Source: Candidatus Latescibacterota bacterium (GTDB lineage Bacteria > Latescibacterota > UBA2968 > UBA8231). From it: DNA of 64,000 nt. The position numbers were made by a program, and so were the translations under genes. The notes below the pieces were generated by a model, which saw only the letters and a program-made list of their open reading frames with translations, searched no databases and was not told the DNA's origin. The stretch covers positions 4,096,001 to 4,160,000 of the forward strand of contig CBDCDC010000002.1 in NCBI GenBank assembly GCA_965215195.1, read 5' to 3'. Shown here piece by piece: positions 32,204 through 42,060 of this stretch; position 1 is the first letter of the stretch; each line of letters starts with the position of its first letter.

Positions 32204-32959
32204 TCAGATGTTGTAGTGCAGCCCGCACTCTTTGTGGTCGCCGGCCCCCCTGTCGTGCCCGTTGAACCAGCGCCAGCGACCGGTGCGCTTGTCTTCGCCC
32301 GGGCGAGTCGGGGTAGAGCATATAATGCAGCCAAAGCTCGGGTAGCCCTGCCCGTAGAGCGGATGGACCGGCAACTCGTTTTTCTGGGTGAATTCTATTA
32401 GCTGTTCCTCGCTCCAATCCACTAAGGGGTTGAGCTTGAGTATTTTCCGCTGGGTGCCGTATTCATCGATCAAAGTCGCCTTCTTCGCTGTCTGCTGGCG
32501 GTGCTCGGACTGATCCCAACGCTGCCCTGAAATCCAACAATCCGCAGTGCGCAACAGCGCGTTGTTGGGCCATTCCTTGCGGACTTGGCAGCAGTGCTCC
32601 TGTTTTTCCTTAGAGTCAAAAAACAAATACTCGCCGTGGCGCGAAACCATCCGCTGGACATCGCCGCTCTTGGGCTGGATGACCTCAATGTGGCAGCCGT
32701 AGCGCGCCTCAACTTCTTGGAGAAACGCGTACGTCTCTGGGTGGAGCCGGAGGGTGTCAATGGTCGCCACGCGCAAGTCCAGCCCGAGCGACGAGGCCAT
32801 GTGGATCATGGCCACGCCGGTGTACTGGAAGCTGGTGTTGAGGACGGCCCGGCCGGGAAAGGTCTCGCTGGCCCAGCGCAACAGGGCCTCGGCCGGCATC
32901 TGGGCTAGGGGCAAGTCGCGGATGTAGTGTTCTAACTGCTGATTGCGTTCTTTGTCCAT
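32204..32959 (-). CDS. cysH: APS/PAPS reductase (Fe-S APS-type: CC…CxxC)
   Basis: DTLRLHPETY, HCCQVRK, GYPSFGCIICS, GRWRW, ECGLH. Confidence 0.88.
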   Translation of the reverse strand: MDKERNQQLEHYIRDLPLAQMPAEALLRWASETFPGRAVLNTSFQYTGVAMIHMASSLGLDLRVATIDTLRLHPETYAFLQEVEARYGCHIEVIQPKSGDVQRMVSRHGEYLFFDSKEKQEHCCQVRKEWPNNALLRTADCWISGQRWDQSEHRQQTAKKATLIDEYGTQRKILKLNPLVDWSEEQLIEFTQKNELPVHPLYGQGYPSFGCIICSTPTRPGEDKRTGRWRWFNGHDRGAGDHKECGLHYNI

Positions 32960-33166
32960 CTCGTCGTCTGAAGCTGGGAAATGACCTCATATATAGTATA
33001 AGGAAAGAGACGCGCACGGCCTTTATGTTTATGGAAAAAGAATAGAGTTGGGCTATTGGCTCGTGGCCCGCCAGCGCACCTTCTTGCCATTGTTCAAACG
33101 ACGGGATTAGCTTTTTCAGGCTAGGTTGGGAACAGGTACGCACGCGAACCAAAGCGAGCACGAGCC

Positions 33167-35401
33167 ATGAGCACCCCAAAATTGCTGGAGCCGGTCAATG
33201 CAGCCACGGCCGCGCGGATTGCCGCCGCCCTGCCCGCTGAGGAGGAGGTGCTGATCCGCGCCGGGACGGACTTGGACGCTGCGGGTCGCTTCAGCCACCA
33301 GTGGCTGGTCGCTACTGGGCAACGGGTCCTCGTTGTGCCGGCAGCGGGCGATGTGGTGGAAATTCCGCTTGCCGCGCTCGCCGGGGCGCGGACGGACGCG
33401 CTCGTCGGCGGCGGCCAACTGGAGATCGAGCGGGTGGATGGGCCGCCCGTGCGCTTGGGGTACACCGGCTCGGAAGCGGTCAAGATGTCCGAGGTCGTGC
33501 GCGGCTTGGAGCAGCTACGCAAGGGCGAACCTTTTGCAATCAACGGCCAGTTGGACCGGACGCGCTGCCCGCGCTGCGACCGGCTCTTGCCCGAAAAAAA
33601 TGGCATCTGCCCGGCGTGCATTAAGAAGCTGGCGACCCTCAAGCGCATTGCCAGCTACATCGGTCCGTATAAGCTCAAAGCGGGCATCTTGGCCTGCGCC
33701 TCCATTGCCACGACGGTCGCGGAACTGGCTCCACCGCTGATTACCAAGCGCATCGTCGATGAGGTGTTGGTGCCGGTGGAGGGCCGCGCCACCGGGTTTG
33801 ACGAGCGCATCCACCTCTTGGGCCTGTTCGTCTTGGCCTTGGTCGGCGTCCGCTTCTTGGCGTGGGTCGCCGAATGGGGGCACGGCTGGATTGTGACTTG
33901 GCTCGGCGCACAGCTCACCGCGGATATTCGCTCGCACCTCTACCGCCGGTTGGAAATGCTGTCCTTGCAGTTTTACGACAAGCGCAAGGTCGGCTCCCTC
34001 ATCTCGCGTGCCACCCGCGACGCCGGCATGTTGCAGGACTTCCTCGTCGATGGCCTGCCCTATATCGTCATCAACGGCCTGATGGTCTTCGGCATCCTCG
34101 GGTTTTTGTTCTGGATGAGCTGGTCGTTGAGCCTGTACGTGCTGGTGCCCGTGCCCCTGATCATGCTGTGGGGGGTGATCTTTTGGAAGCGGCTGCGCGG
34201 GTACTTTGTCAAGTGGGGCCAGGTCTGGTCTGGCCTGACCGAGCGCACGGTGGAGACGCTTACCGGCGTCCGCGTGGTCAAGGCGTTTGCCCAAGAGGAA
34301 CGGGAAATAGCGGCCTTTGCCAAGCCCAACGGCAGGCTGCGCGAAGTCGCCGAAAAGACCGCGGTAAATCGCGGCGTGTTCTTCGCTACCATCACGTTCT
34401 TGACGGGTTTGGGCGTCTTGATCGTCTGGCTCCTCGGCGGGCTGCAGGTCCTCGGCGGCGCGATGACCTTGGGCACGCTGTTGGCCTTTTACTCTTATAT
34501 GTGGCTGTTTTACGGCCCGTTGGAGTGGTTCGGCCAAGTCAACTCTTGGATGTCGCGGGCCTTTGCCGGGGCCGAGCGCATCTTCGAGGTTATCGACACC
34601 CGGCCCGAGGCTTATGAGGACCCGAGCGCGGAGCGGGTGCCGCGCATGAAGGGGGCCATTCGCTTCCGCGGCGTCACCTTTGGCTACGACAAGAGCAAGC
34701 CCGTGCTGAAGGATTTTGACTTGGACATCCAGCCGGGCGAGATGATCGGCCTCGTGGGCAAGTCCGGGGTCGGCAAGACCACGACCGTCAACCTCATCGC
34801 CCGCTTCTACGACGTCGACTACGGATCCATTGAGATCGACGGCATCGACATCCGCCGCATCGCCCTGCGCGACTTGCGCTCGCAAATAGGCATCGTGCTG
34901 CAGGAGCCAGTGCTCTTTTCCGGCACCATTGCCGAAAACATCGGCTACGGCCGGCCCGGCTCCTCCTTTGCGGACATCATGGCGGCCGCCCGCGCGGCCA
35001 ACGCCCACAACTTCATCGTGGCCAAGCCCGATGGCTATGAAACCCAAGTCGGAGAAAAGGGGGCCGGGCTTTCGGGTGGGGAGCGCCAGCGCGTCTCCAT
35101 TGCCCGCGCCATCCTCCACAACCCGCGCGTATTGATTCTCGACGAAGCCACCGCTTCGGTCGATGTGGAGACCGAGTTGCAGATCCAGGAGGCGATTCAG
35201 CGGCTCGTCGCGGGCCGCACCACCGTGGCCATTGCCCACCGGCTTTCGACGTTGCGCAACGCCGACCGGCTGATGGTCCTCGACGACGGCCGCATCGTCG
35301 AGCAGGGCACGCACGCCGAGCTTATGGAGAGGCAGGGGACCTTTTGCGAGTTGGTCAATTTGCAAAAACAAGTGGCCGAAATCATCGCCATTAAGGAATA
35401 G
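33167..35401 (+). CDS. ABC transporter TMD-NBD half with N-terminal extension and zinc ribbon
   Basis: CPRC…CPAC; six TM segments; GKSGVGKT, LSGGERQR, DEAT, AHRLST. Confidence 0.9.
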   Translation: MSTPKLLEPVNAATAARIAAALPAEEEVLIRAGTDLDAAGRFSHQWLVATGQRVLVVPAAGDVVEIPLAALAGARTDALVGGGQLEIERVDGPPVRLGYTGSEAVKMSEVVRGLEQLRKGEPFAINGQLDRTRCPRCDRLLPEKNGICPACIKKLATLKRIASYIGPYKLKAGILACASIATTVAELAPPLITKRIVDEVLVPVEGRATGFDERIHLLGLFVLALVGVRFLAWVAEWGHGWIVTWLGAQLTADIRSHLYRRLEMLSLQFYDKRKVGSLISRATRDAGMLQDFLVDGLPYIVINGLMVFGILGFLFWMSWSLSLYVLVPVPLIMLWGVIFWKRLRGYFVKWGQVWSGLTERTVETLTGVRVVKAFAQEEREIAAFAKPNGRLREVAEKTAVNRGVFFATITFLTGLGVLIVWLLGGLQVLGGAMTLGTLLAFYSYMWLFYGPLEWFGQVNSWMSRAFAGAERIFEVIDTRPEAYEDPSAERVPRMKGAIRFRGVTFGYDKSKPVLKDFDLDIQPGEMIGLVGKSGVGKTTTVNLIARFYDVDYGSIEIDGIDIRRIALRDLRSQIGIVLQEPVLFSGTIAENIGYGRPGSSFADIMAAARAANAHNFIVAKPDGYETQVGEKGAGLSGGERQRVSIARAILHNPRVLILDEATASVDVETELQIQEAIQRLVAGRTTVAIAHRLSTLRNADRLMVLDDGRIVEQGTHAELMERQGTFCELVNLQKQVAEIIAIKE

Positions 35402-35408
35402 ACCGTCC

Positions 35409-37619
35409 ATGTCCACCTTTTTGGAAAATCTGCCGCACGCGGTTGAAGCCAAAGTCGAATCGCGCAAGGGCCGCGAGGAGCAAGTCCTGATCCAAGTCTC
35501 TACGGATATGGTCGGCGAAGACCGCTTTGAGCAGCGCTGGTTGGTCGTAACGGCGAAACGCCTGATGGTCCTGTCGCCCAACAGCGCGAGCGACGACGTG
35601 GAGCTTTCGCTGCAAGCGGTCAAGTCCGCCCGCATTGAGGCGCTCGTCGGCGGCGGGCGCTTAGAGCTGGAGCGCGAGGCGGGCGCACCCGCTCATCTGT
35701 ATTACTCCAATTCACTGGCGGCCAAATTCGCCGAGGTGGCCGAGGGCATCGAACAGCTCAAAGAGGGCGAGGACCTCAACCTGCCCCTCGAACTGGACCG
35801 CACGCACTGCGAGGAATGCGGCCGCCGCCTGCCCGAAGTAGGCGGGATCTGTCCGGTCTGCATCGCCAAATTCGATACCTTTAAGCGCCTCATCGGCTAC
35901 ATGCTGCCCTACCGGGTCCAGCTAGTCTTGTTGTTGGGCCTGACCGCGTCGTCCTCGCTTTTGGAGTTAGTACCGCCCTATATCATTAAGCATCTCATCG
36001 ACGACGTGCTCGTCCCGGGCGCGGCCTCCAACCTGCTCTACTGGCTGGTCGGCGGTCTCTTCGCGGTCGGCGTGATCGAGTGGGGCGTCGGCGTGGTCCG
36101 CCGCTGGCTCAACACCCGGGTCGGCTTCCGCGCCATTGAGCACTTGCGCACGGACTTGTTCAAGGCACTCCAGTACCTGCCCCTGCGCTTTTACGACAAG
36201 CGCAAAGTCGGTGCTTTGATCTCCCGCATGAACAACGACTCGGAGATGGTCGAAGACTTTCTGCTCTTTGACATGCCCTACATCGTCTCCAATGCGGCGA
36301 TGATCGTCGGCATCTTGGGGCTGCTGTTCTACATGAACTGGGAGTTGACCCTGTACGTGCTGGCCCCGGTGCCGCCGATCGTCATTGGCTCGAGCCTCAT
36401 CTGGAGTCGCTTGCAGCGCTTCTGGGGCCGCTGGTCGGCGCGCTGGTCGCGGCTTACTACGCATCTCAACGAGTCGATCTCCGGCATCCGCGTGGTCAAG
36501 GCTTTCGCGCAAGAGCACCGCGAGTCCGAGCGCTTTGATCAGCGCAACCACGCCTTGCGCCAAATCAGCGTCAGCGCCGAGCGCTCGTGGTTGGTCTTCT
36601 TCATGGTGACCAACTTCTTTATGAGCTTTGGCGGGTTCTTCGTGTGGTATTTCGGCGGTCAGCAGATCGTTGGCGGCGACCTGTCGCTGGGCGAGCTGAT
36701 GGCCTTTATCGCCTATCTGTGGATGCTCTACCACCCGCTCAAGTGGTTTGGCGACTTCTACAGCTTCATGGTGCGGGCCTTTGCCGGTGCCGAGCGCATC
36801 TTTGAAATCGTGGATGCGCGCTCCGAGCCTTTCGACAATCCGAGTGCCCAGCGCGTCCCGGTGCTTAGAGGCCAAGTCGCCTTTGAGGACGCGGCCTTTG
36901 GCTACGATCCGGGCAAGACCGTCCTGCGCGATCTGGACTTGGTGGTGCAGCCGGGCGAGATGATCGGCTTGGTGGGCAAGTCCGGGGCGGGCAAGAGTAC
37001 GCTGATCAACCTAATCACGCGCTTTTACGATGTCTCGCACGGCCGCCTCGCCATCGACGGGATCGATATCCGCAAAATTCGCCTGCGCGACCTGCGCTCG
37101 CAGATCGGCATGGTGGCCCAGCAGTCGTTTTTGTTCAACGGCACCATTGCCGAAAACATCGCGTACGGCAAGCCCGGTGCCACGTTCGGCGAGATCTTGC
37201 GCGCGGCCCGCGCGGCCAACGCCCACGAGTTTATCGTCAAGAAGCCGGACGGGTACGACATGGTCGTCGGGGAGCAGGGCGACAAACTCGCTGGCGGCGA
37301 AAAGCAGCGCATCGCGATTGCGCGGGCCATTCTCCACGACCCGAGGATCTTGATCTTGGACGAGGCGACTTCGTCGCTCGACACCCCGACCGAAAAGAAA
37401 ATCCAAGAGGCCATTCAGCGGCTCGTCAAAGGCCGCACGACCTTTGCCATTGCCCACCGGCTCTCGACCCTGCGCAGCGCGGATCGCCTCGTGGTCCTCG
37501 ACGCGGGCAAAATAGCCGAAGTTGGCACGCACGAGGAACTCATGGCGCGCGAGGGCATTTTCTACAATCTGGTAAACACCCAACGCGAGACGTCGGCGGT
37601 CATGGCCACCAGCGGCTAG
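35409..37619 (+). CDS. ABC transporter TMD-NBD half (paralog, degenerate LAGGE signature)
   Basis: CEEC…CPVC; GKSGAGKS, LAGGEKQR, DEAT. Confidence 0.9.
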   Translation: MSTFLENLPHAVEAKVESRKGREEQVLIQVSTDMVGEDRFEQRWLVVTAKRLMVLSPNSASDDVELSLQAVKSARIEALVGGGRLELEREAGAPAHLYYSNSLAAKFAEVAEGIEQLKEGEDLNLPLELDRTHCEECGRRLPEVGGICPVCIAKFDTFKRLIGYMLPYRVQLVLLLGLTASSSLLELVPPYIIKHLIDDVLVPGAASNLLYWLVGGLFAVGVIEWGVGVVRRWLNTRVGFRAIEHLRTDLFKALQYLPLRFYDKRKVGALISRMNNDSEMVEDFLLFDMPYIVSNAAMIVGILGLLFYMNWELTLYVLAPVPPIVIGSSLIWSRLQRFWGRWSARWSRLTTHLNESISGIRVVKAFAQEHRESERFDQRNHALRQISVSAERSWLVFFMVTNFFMSFGGFFVWYFGGQQIVGGDLSLGELMAFIAYLWMLYHPLKWFGDFYSFMVRAFAGAERIFEIVDARSEPFDNPSAQRVPVLRGQVAFEDAAFGYDPGKTVLRDLDLVVQPGEMIGLVGKSGAGKSTLINLITRFYDVSHGRLAIDGIDIRKIRLRDLRSQIGMVAQQSFLFNGTIAENIAYGKPGATFGEILRAARAANAHEFIVKKPDGYDMVVGEQGDKLAGGEKQRIAIARAILHDPRILILDEATSSLDTPTEKKIQEAIQRLVKGRTTFAIAHRLSTLRSADRLVVLDAGKIAEVGTHEELMAREGIFYNLVNTQRETSAVMATSG

Positions 37620-37633
37620 GGAGGAAAGACGCA

Positions 37634-38164
37634 ATGACAGGTAGCGAAAAGCTAGCGATCACCCCGATCACCGTGACCCACCCCGAGCACGTGGATATCG
37701 GCGAGCTGCGCCTCTTCCGCGAGCCGGCTTGGATCTTGCGCTTGACCATCAACGGCGACCGCTCGTACCTGAAGGTGAAGGTCGTCCGCGCCGCGCCCTT
37801 GTCCCACCCGACCCGCTATATCTGCCTGCTCGACGCCAAAGACGAGGAGATCTGTATGATCGACGACCTCAAACAGCTCGACCCAGAGGCGTGCGCCTTG
37901 ATTGAGGAAGAGCTGGACCGCCGCTATTTGACGGCGGCGATTCAGCGGGTCAACGCGGTGCGCAACGAATACGGCACTTCGTATTGGGACGTGCAGACCG
38001 ACCGCGGCCCGCGCGAGTTCGTCGTCCAGAATGTCTCGGAAAACGCCCAGTGGCTCGGCGATCACCGGCTGCTGATCACCGACGTGGATGGCAACCGCTT
38101 TGAAATTCCGCGTCTCGACGAACTGGATAAGAAGAGTTTGGCAGCGGTTGAGCAGGTCGTCTGA
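37634..38164 (+). CDS. DUF1854 family protein
   Basis: VRAAPLSHP…EEI…I..L; ELDRRY; WDVQTDRG; DVDGNRFEI. Confidence 0.85.
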   Translation: MTGSEKLAITPITVTHPEHVDIGELRLFREPAWILRLTINGDRSYLKVKVVRAAPLSHPTRYICLLDAKDEEICMIDDLKQLDPEACALIEEELDRRYLTAAIQRVNAVRNEYGTSYWDVQTDRGPREFVVQNVSENAQWLGDHRLLITDVDGNRFEIPRLDELDKKSLAAVEQVV

Positions 38165-38190
38165 CCGGTGCTCGCAGTTGTAGCATGCCG

Positions 38191-38220
38191 ACCAGCCCTG
38201 CAAAAGGGGCTGGTTTTTTT
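38191..38220 (+). terminator. Intrinsic terminator of the ABC-DUF1854 operon
   Basis: ACCAGCCCT/GGGGCTGGT stem followed by a T-run. Confidence 0.8.
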
Positions 38221-38317
38221 GTTACAAAATGAGGGTAGGAGGTCGTAAAAAAATACAAAACTGGCGGAGTTGCTCCTTGGCCGGCGGGTCGCGGCGACGA
38301 AGGATTTTTCGTTTGCC

Positions 38318-38347
38318 TTGTCGTCAGCGGCCCTCTCCCCGTATCTT
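38318..38347 (+). promoter_or_regulatory. Putative sigma70 promoter of the candidate ncRNA
   Basis: TTGTCG-18-TATCTT, ending 5 nt before the long stem. Confidence 0.5.
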
Positions 38348-38352
38348 CAAGC

Positions 38353-38520
38353 TGTCCAGCATTCCTTGCAGATCCCGCCTTAGTCGGGTCATCTGCTGAA
38401 TACAATAGCCGAGACCCGGCGAAGGGTAGCTCCCTCCGCCTTGGCAAATAGGTAGAGACATCGCTGCATTCTGCAGGGGATGTTGGACATGGCCCGGCCC
38501 CTTCGGGGGCCGCCTGTTCC
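38353..38520 (+). ncRNA. Candidate structured small RNA (rod-shaped, 6S-like)
   Basis: 20-bp closing helix 38353-38372/38470-38489 with three G-U pairs; nested inner helices; cUUCGg hairpin at 38495-38512. Confidence 0.6.
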
Positions 38521-38779
38521 CCTTCTTCAACGGAAGATGCGTCGTGTTCACGCCTAAAGGCGCGGTGAAAGCCCGCTTTGCCTCCATGATTTCTACCGAT
38601 AAATAGCTGACTCGACCCATTTTCCGCGCCTCTTGGTACGCCTTTTGCGTTTGTCGTCTGAGCGCACCGGATGCTTCACCCCCTGCGTACGCGGGGGCAG
38701 GACCGGCGCGGTGAAAGCCCGCCCACTGTCTAGCGTTTATGCCACTTGGCAATCCACCCTCTAACCGATTGAGGACACC

Positions 38780-39769
38780 GTGAAAAAGGTACTGCGTCCT
38801 GTTGATTTATACCGAGTTGAGGAGCACCCCGCGTTGTTCGCCTGTGGGGAGACTATTATGGCCGCGCTCCAATACTACAGCCCCCAGCTCGCCGACGAGC
38901 GAGCGTACTACGGGGCCTTGATGAGTTGGTCGTTCTTTTTTGACGCCGAAGAGAGAATGCCGGTCGGCCTGCCCGCCGACGAGCTGATCCACCGCAACCT
39001 GTACTATCTCTACGGAATTGAGCGCCGCGAGGTGCGCCGCGACAATTTTGCCGACCTGTGGCAGGTGATTGAGGAGTCAATTGCCGCAGACCGAGTGCTG
39101 CTCGCCTGGGTGGATGCCCGCGATGTGAGCGATGCGGCCTTTCACTACAATCGCATACCCGGCGCGAGCGAAGCCATGCTCATCTACGGGTACGATCGAG
39201 CGGCGGACACATTGACGATTTTGGTTAATCCGCAGGGCTTTGTGGGGCAGGTACCGCTCTCTTTTTTGCCCGAGATGCTGCCCGAATTGGTGGTGTACGA
39301 CTACGTGGTGCCAGCGGGCCTCGACCCCTATCCAGTTAAAAAAATGGAGCAGGTCCTCTTAGAGGACGTGCGGGAGATGCTCGCGGGCAATAAGGTCGGC
39401 CGGGTAGAGACGGGCCTGCCGGCCGCGCAGCGCTTTGTCGAGGAGATGGAGCGTCAGATTGAGCAAGGCGAAGAGAGCCTGTGCGCTTGGATGCAGGAAG
39501 TGTTCGGCCAGATGGTCCTACTCGGCCCGCAGCGCCGGCGACTGGACGACAACCTGCGGCGGCTGGCGGCGGCAACCGGCTTGGGCGCCTTGTCGGCTGC
39601 GGCCGATACCTTTGGGGACATAGGCCGGCGCTGGGAGACGACGTACGACTTGTTCTTCAAGGGAGTGCGCAACGACCCGTCGGCTATGCTCAAGCGCATC
39701 CGCGAGTGCGTGCAGGGTCTGCTGAGCCTAGAAGAGGCGCAGGCTCGTTTCTTGTTGCAGTGGTTGTAG
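38780..39769 (+). CDS. BtrH-like (papain-fold N-domain plus helical C-domain) protein
   Basis: N-terminal Cys helix (ACGETIMAALQYY), VLLAWVD, LIYGYD, TGLPA..RF, W-containing helical C-terminus. Confidence 0.55.
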   Translation: MKKVLRPVDLYRVEEHPALFACGETIMAALQYYSPQLADERAYYGALMSWSFFFDAEERMPVGLPADELIHRNLYYLYGIERREVRRDNFADLWQVIEESIAADRVLLAWVDARDVSDAAFHYNRIPGASEAMLIYGYDRAADTLTILVNPQGFVGQVPLSFLPEMLPELVVYDYVVPAGLDPYPVKKMEQVLLEDVREMLAGNKVGRVETGLPAAQRFVEEMERQIEQGEESLCAWMQEVFGQMVLLGPQRRRLDDNLRRLAAATGLGALSAAADTFGDIGRRWETTYDLFFKGVRNDPSAMLKRIRECVQGLLSLEEAQARFLLQWL

Positions 39770-39852
39770 GGGTTCCGTTGGGGCGAAATCGGGGTATTCC
39801 GTAATCTGCCCCACCGATGGCGGTCATGGCCCGTTGAGGCTTTGTTTGGAAC

Positions 39853-39976
39853 CTAAGTACACGACAGTAGGGCCTTACCCTCGGATCGAGGGCATCTTGC
39901 CCTCGTCGAGGGCGGGACGCCCTCGATCCCGGACTCATCGCCCATCAACGACAAGGTATTGGGGTCGTGTAGTTAG
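39853..39976. mobile_element. MITE family C (124 bp)
   Basis: CTAAGTACACGAC…GTCGTGTAGTTAG; flanks GTTTGGAAC/GGTTGGAAC match at 8/9. Confidence 0.85.
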
Positions 39977-40055
39977 GGTTGGAACTGTGATGGGCAATCG
40001 TTAGTTTGCTTCTGTAAGCTAGAGAAAGCCTTCACCCCAACGCAAAGGAACGGCC

Positions 40056-40736
40056 ATGGAAACTCCCCAAGCCGAAGTGAGTGTCGTCGGCCGCATAGTG
40101 AGTGTCTTCTACGCTCCATCCGCGACCTTTGAGGCCGTAGCCGAGCAGCGCAGTGCTGCCGACTGGCTACTGCCGACCGTTATAGTCGCGGTGGTGATCT
40201 TTGTCTCCACGTACTTAACCTCGCCCATCTACGTAGCTGAGACGATGGAGCAGATACCCGCAGAACAGCGCAGTGAAATGGGGGGCACTGGAGACGCCAT
40301 GCGGATCAGCGGGCTGATTGCCGCGCCGGTTATGACGTTTGTCATGCTCTTTATTGGCGCTGCGATTTACCTCTTGGTAGGCAAACTACTCGGCGGCCTG
40401 CTCGGCTATGGCGAGTGCTTGGCCATCGTCGCGTACACGTCGCTGATTGCCATTCTCCAGCATATTGTCAAGACGCCGCTGGTCTTGGCCAATGAGACGA
40501 TGAAGGTGCAAATAGGCTTGGGGATGTTCCTCTCTGAGGAAGCCCGCAAAGGTTTCGGGGGTGCTTTATTGAGCTCCATCGATCCCTTTGTCGTCTGGAT
40601 GGTCGGCGTCGCCGGCCTCGGCCTGTCTATCGTCGGGCAGGTAGAGCGCAGCCGCGCCTATGCGGGCGTTGCGGCCATCACGTTGATCTTCCTCGCCATC
40701 GGCGCATTCTTCAGCACCCTCAGACCCGGAGGTTGA
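40056..40736 (+). CDS. Yip1 family membrane protein (YknW-like)
   Basis: VFYAPSATFE, five TM segments, IDPFVVW; first gene of an MFP/ABC operon. Confidence 0.8.
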   Translation: METPQAEVSVVGRIVSVFYAPSATFEAVAEQRSAADWLLPTVIVAVVIFVSTYLTSPIYVAETMEQIPAEQRSEMGGTGDAMRISGLIAAPVMTFVMLFIGAAIYLLVGKLLGGLLGYGECLAIVAYTSLIAILQHIVKTPLVLANETMKVQIGLGMFLSEEARKGFGGALLSSIDPFVVWMVGVAGLGLSIVGQVERSRAYAGVAAITLIFLAIGAFFSTLRPGG

Positions 40737-40737
40737 T

Positions 40738-42012
40738 GTGGCGACCAAGAAACGCCGCTTCTTGAAAGTCCTCGTCTTCTTGCTGTTGGCCGGCTCGGTG
40801 GGGGCGGCGGTCTATTTCAACTTGCGGCAGGAAAAGGCCGAAGCCACCTATGCCACGGCGCTGGTTGAGCGGGGCGCGGTCGTCGATAAGTTAGCCGAAA
40901 CCGGCCGCATTGAGCTGGTGCGCACCGTGGAGGTCAAATCCACCATTGCCGGCGAAATCCGCGACCTGCCCATCGAAGCCGGCGCGTGGGTGGAGACCGG
41001 CGAGCTGATGGCCGTCATCGAACCTGACCCCAATCAATCGCTGCAATTGTATCAGAAGCGCTCCAGCGTGGAGCAGGGCAAAATCAACTTGGCCGAAGAG
41101 GAGCGCAACTTTGCCCGCCAGAAGGCCCTGTTCGACCGCAAGATGATACCGGCCAAGCAGTTTGAGGAGGCCGAGGTGCGCCTGACGCGGGCGCGCACCG
41201 GCCTGCGCTTAGCCCAGCTCGAACTGGACATGCTCGAAACCAAGGCCAACCTGCAGCGCGTCGAGCTTGCAGACGATCAAGTCGCGCTCGACGAGGTGCG
41301 CGTCCTCGCGCCGATTGACGGCATTGTCATCCGCCGCAACGTGGAAATCGGCGAGGTGGTAGCCTCCGGCCTGTCGTCGTATTCCGGCGGGACGGTACTT
41401 TTCCAGATCGGCGACCCCAGCCAGCTCATCGTGCGCGGCGACATCGCAGAAATCGACATTGGCCGGGTGGATGTCGGCCAAGCCGTGGACATTGTCGTGG
41501 ATGCGTATCCCGACACCACGTATGGCGGTCGGGTGCGCTGGATTGCGCCGGTGGGTCAGCAGAAGCAGGGCAGCACCATCGTCACCTTTGACACCGAGAT
41601 CGCGATTACCGACCACGCGCCGCGCCTGCGCCAAGGCATGTCCTGCGACATCGACATTCTGTTTGCGCGGCGCGACAGCGCGGTGTACCTGCCGGTGGAG
41701 CGGGTGTTAGAGGTCTTTGACGACGAGGACGAAGAAGACGAGCGCGGCGCGGGCGAGCGCGGTCGCTTTGTCGCGTATGTGGCCGAGTCGTCGGATTCGC
41801 TCGCCGCTGCTGCGGACAGCACGCGCCCGGACAGCGCATTTCAGATGCCGCTCAGCGCCTTCGCCGAAGTGGAATTGGCCATTGGCATTGAGACCTCAAC
41901 CCGCGTCGAAATCCTCTCCGGCCTCGCCCGCGGCGACCGGGTGGCCGAAGACCCGGATCTCATTCGCAGTCAAATGGAGCAGAAGGGCGAGGAGAAAGAC
42001 GAGGAAGGTTGA
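40738..42012 (+). CDS. Periplasmic adaptor/membrane fusion protein (MacA/YknX-like)
   Basis: N-terminal TM; VEVKSTIAGEI, APIDGIV, EIDIGRVDVGQ, VEILSGL. Confidence 0.88.
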   Translation: MATKKRRFLKVLVFLLLAGSVGAAVYFNLRQEKAEATYATALVERGAVVDKLAETGRIELVRTVEVKSTIAGEIRDLPIEAGAWVETGELMAVIEPDPNQSLQLYQKRSSVEQGKINLAEEERNFARQKALFDRKMIPAKQFEEAEVRLTRARTGLRLAQLELDMLETKANLQRVELADDQVALDEVRVLAPIDGIVIRRNVEIGEVVASGLSSYSGGTVLFQIGDPSQLIVRGDIAEIDIGRVDVGQAVDIVVDAYPDTTYGGRVRWIAPVGQQKQGSTIVTFDTEIAITDHAPRLRQGMSCDIDILFARRDSAVYLPVERVLEVFDDEDEEDERGAGERGRFVAYVAESSDSLAAAADSTRPDSAFQMPLSAFAEVELAIGIETSTRVEILSGLARGDRVAEDPDLIRSQMEQKGEEKDEEG

Positions 42013-42017
42013 TGACC

Positions 42018-42060
42018 TTGCTGGACGCTAAAGACGAGGAGATCGGCAGGATCGACAACC
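42018..42060 (+). pseudogene. 43-bp fragment of a DUF1854 homologue
   Basis: Identical to 37826-37868 at 36 of 43 positions (LLDAKDEEI..ID). Confidence 0.7.

Noticed and set aside
33515-35635. 706-aa antisense ORF
   Set aside because: It is the shadow frame of a high-GC ABC transporter gene.
38400-38490. SAM-I or other known riboswitch upstream of the BtrH-like gene
   Set aside because: Core consensus elements are missing; the rod fold with its own promoter fits better.
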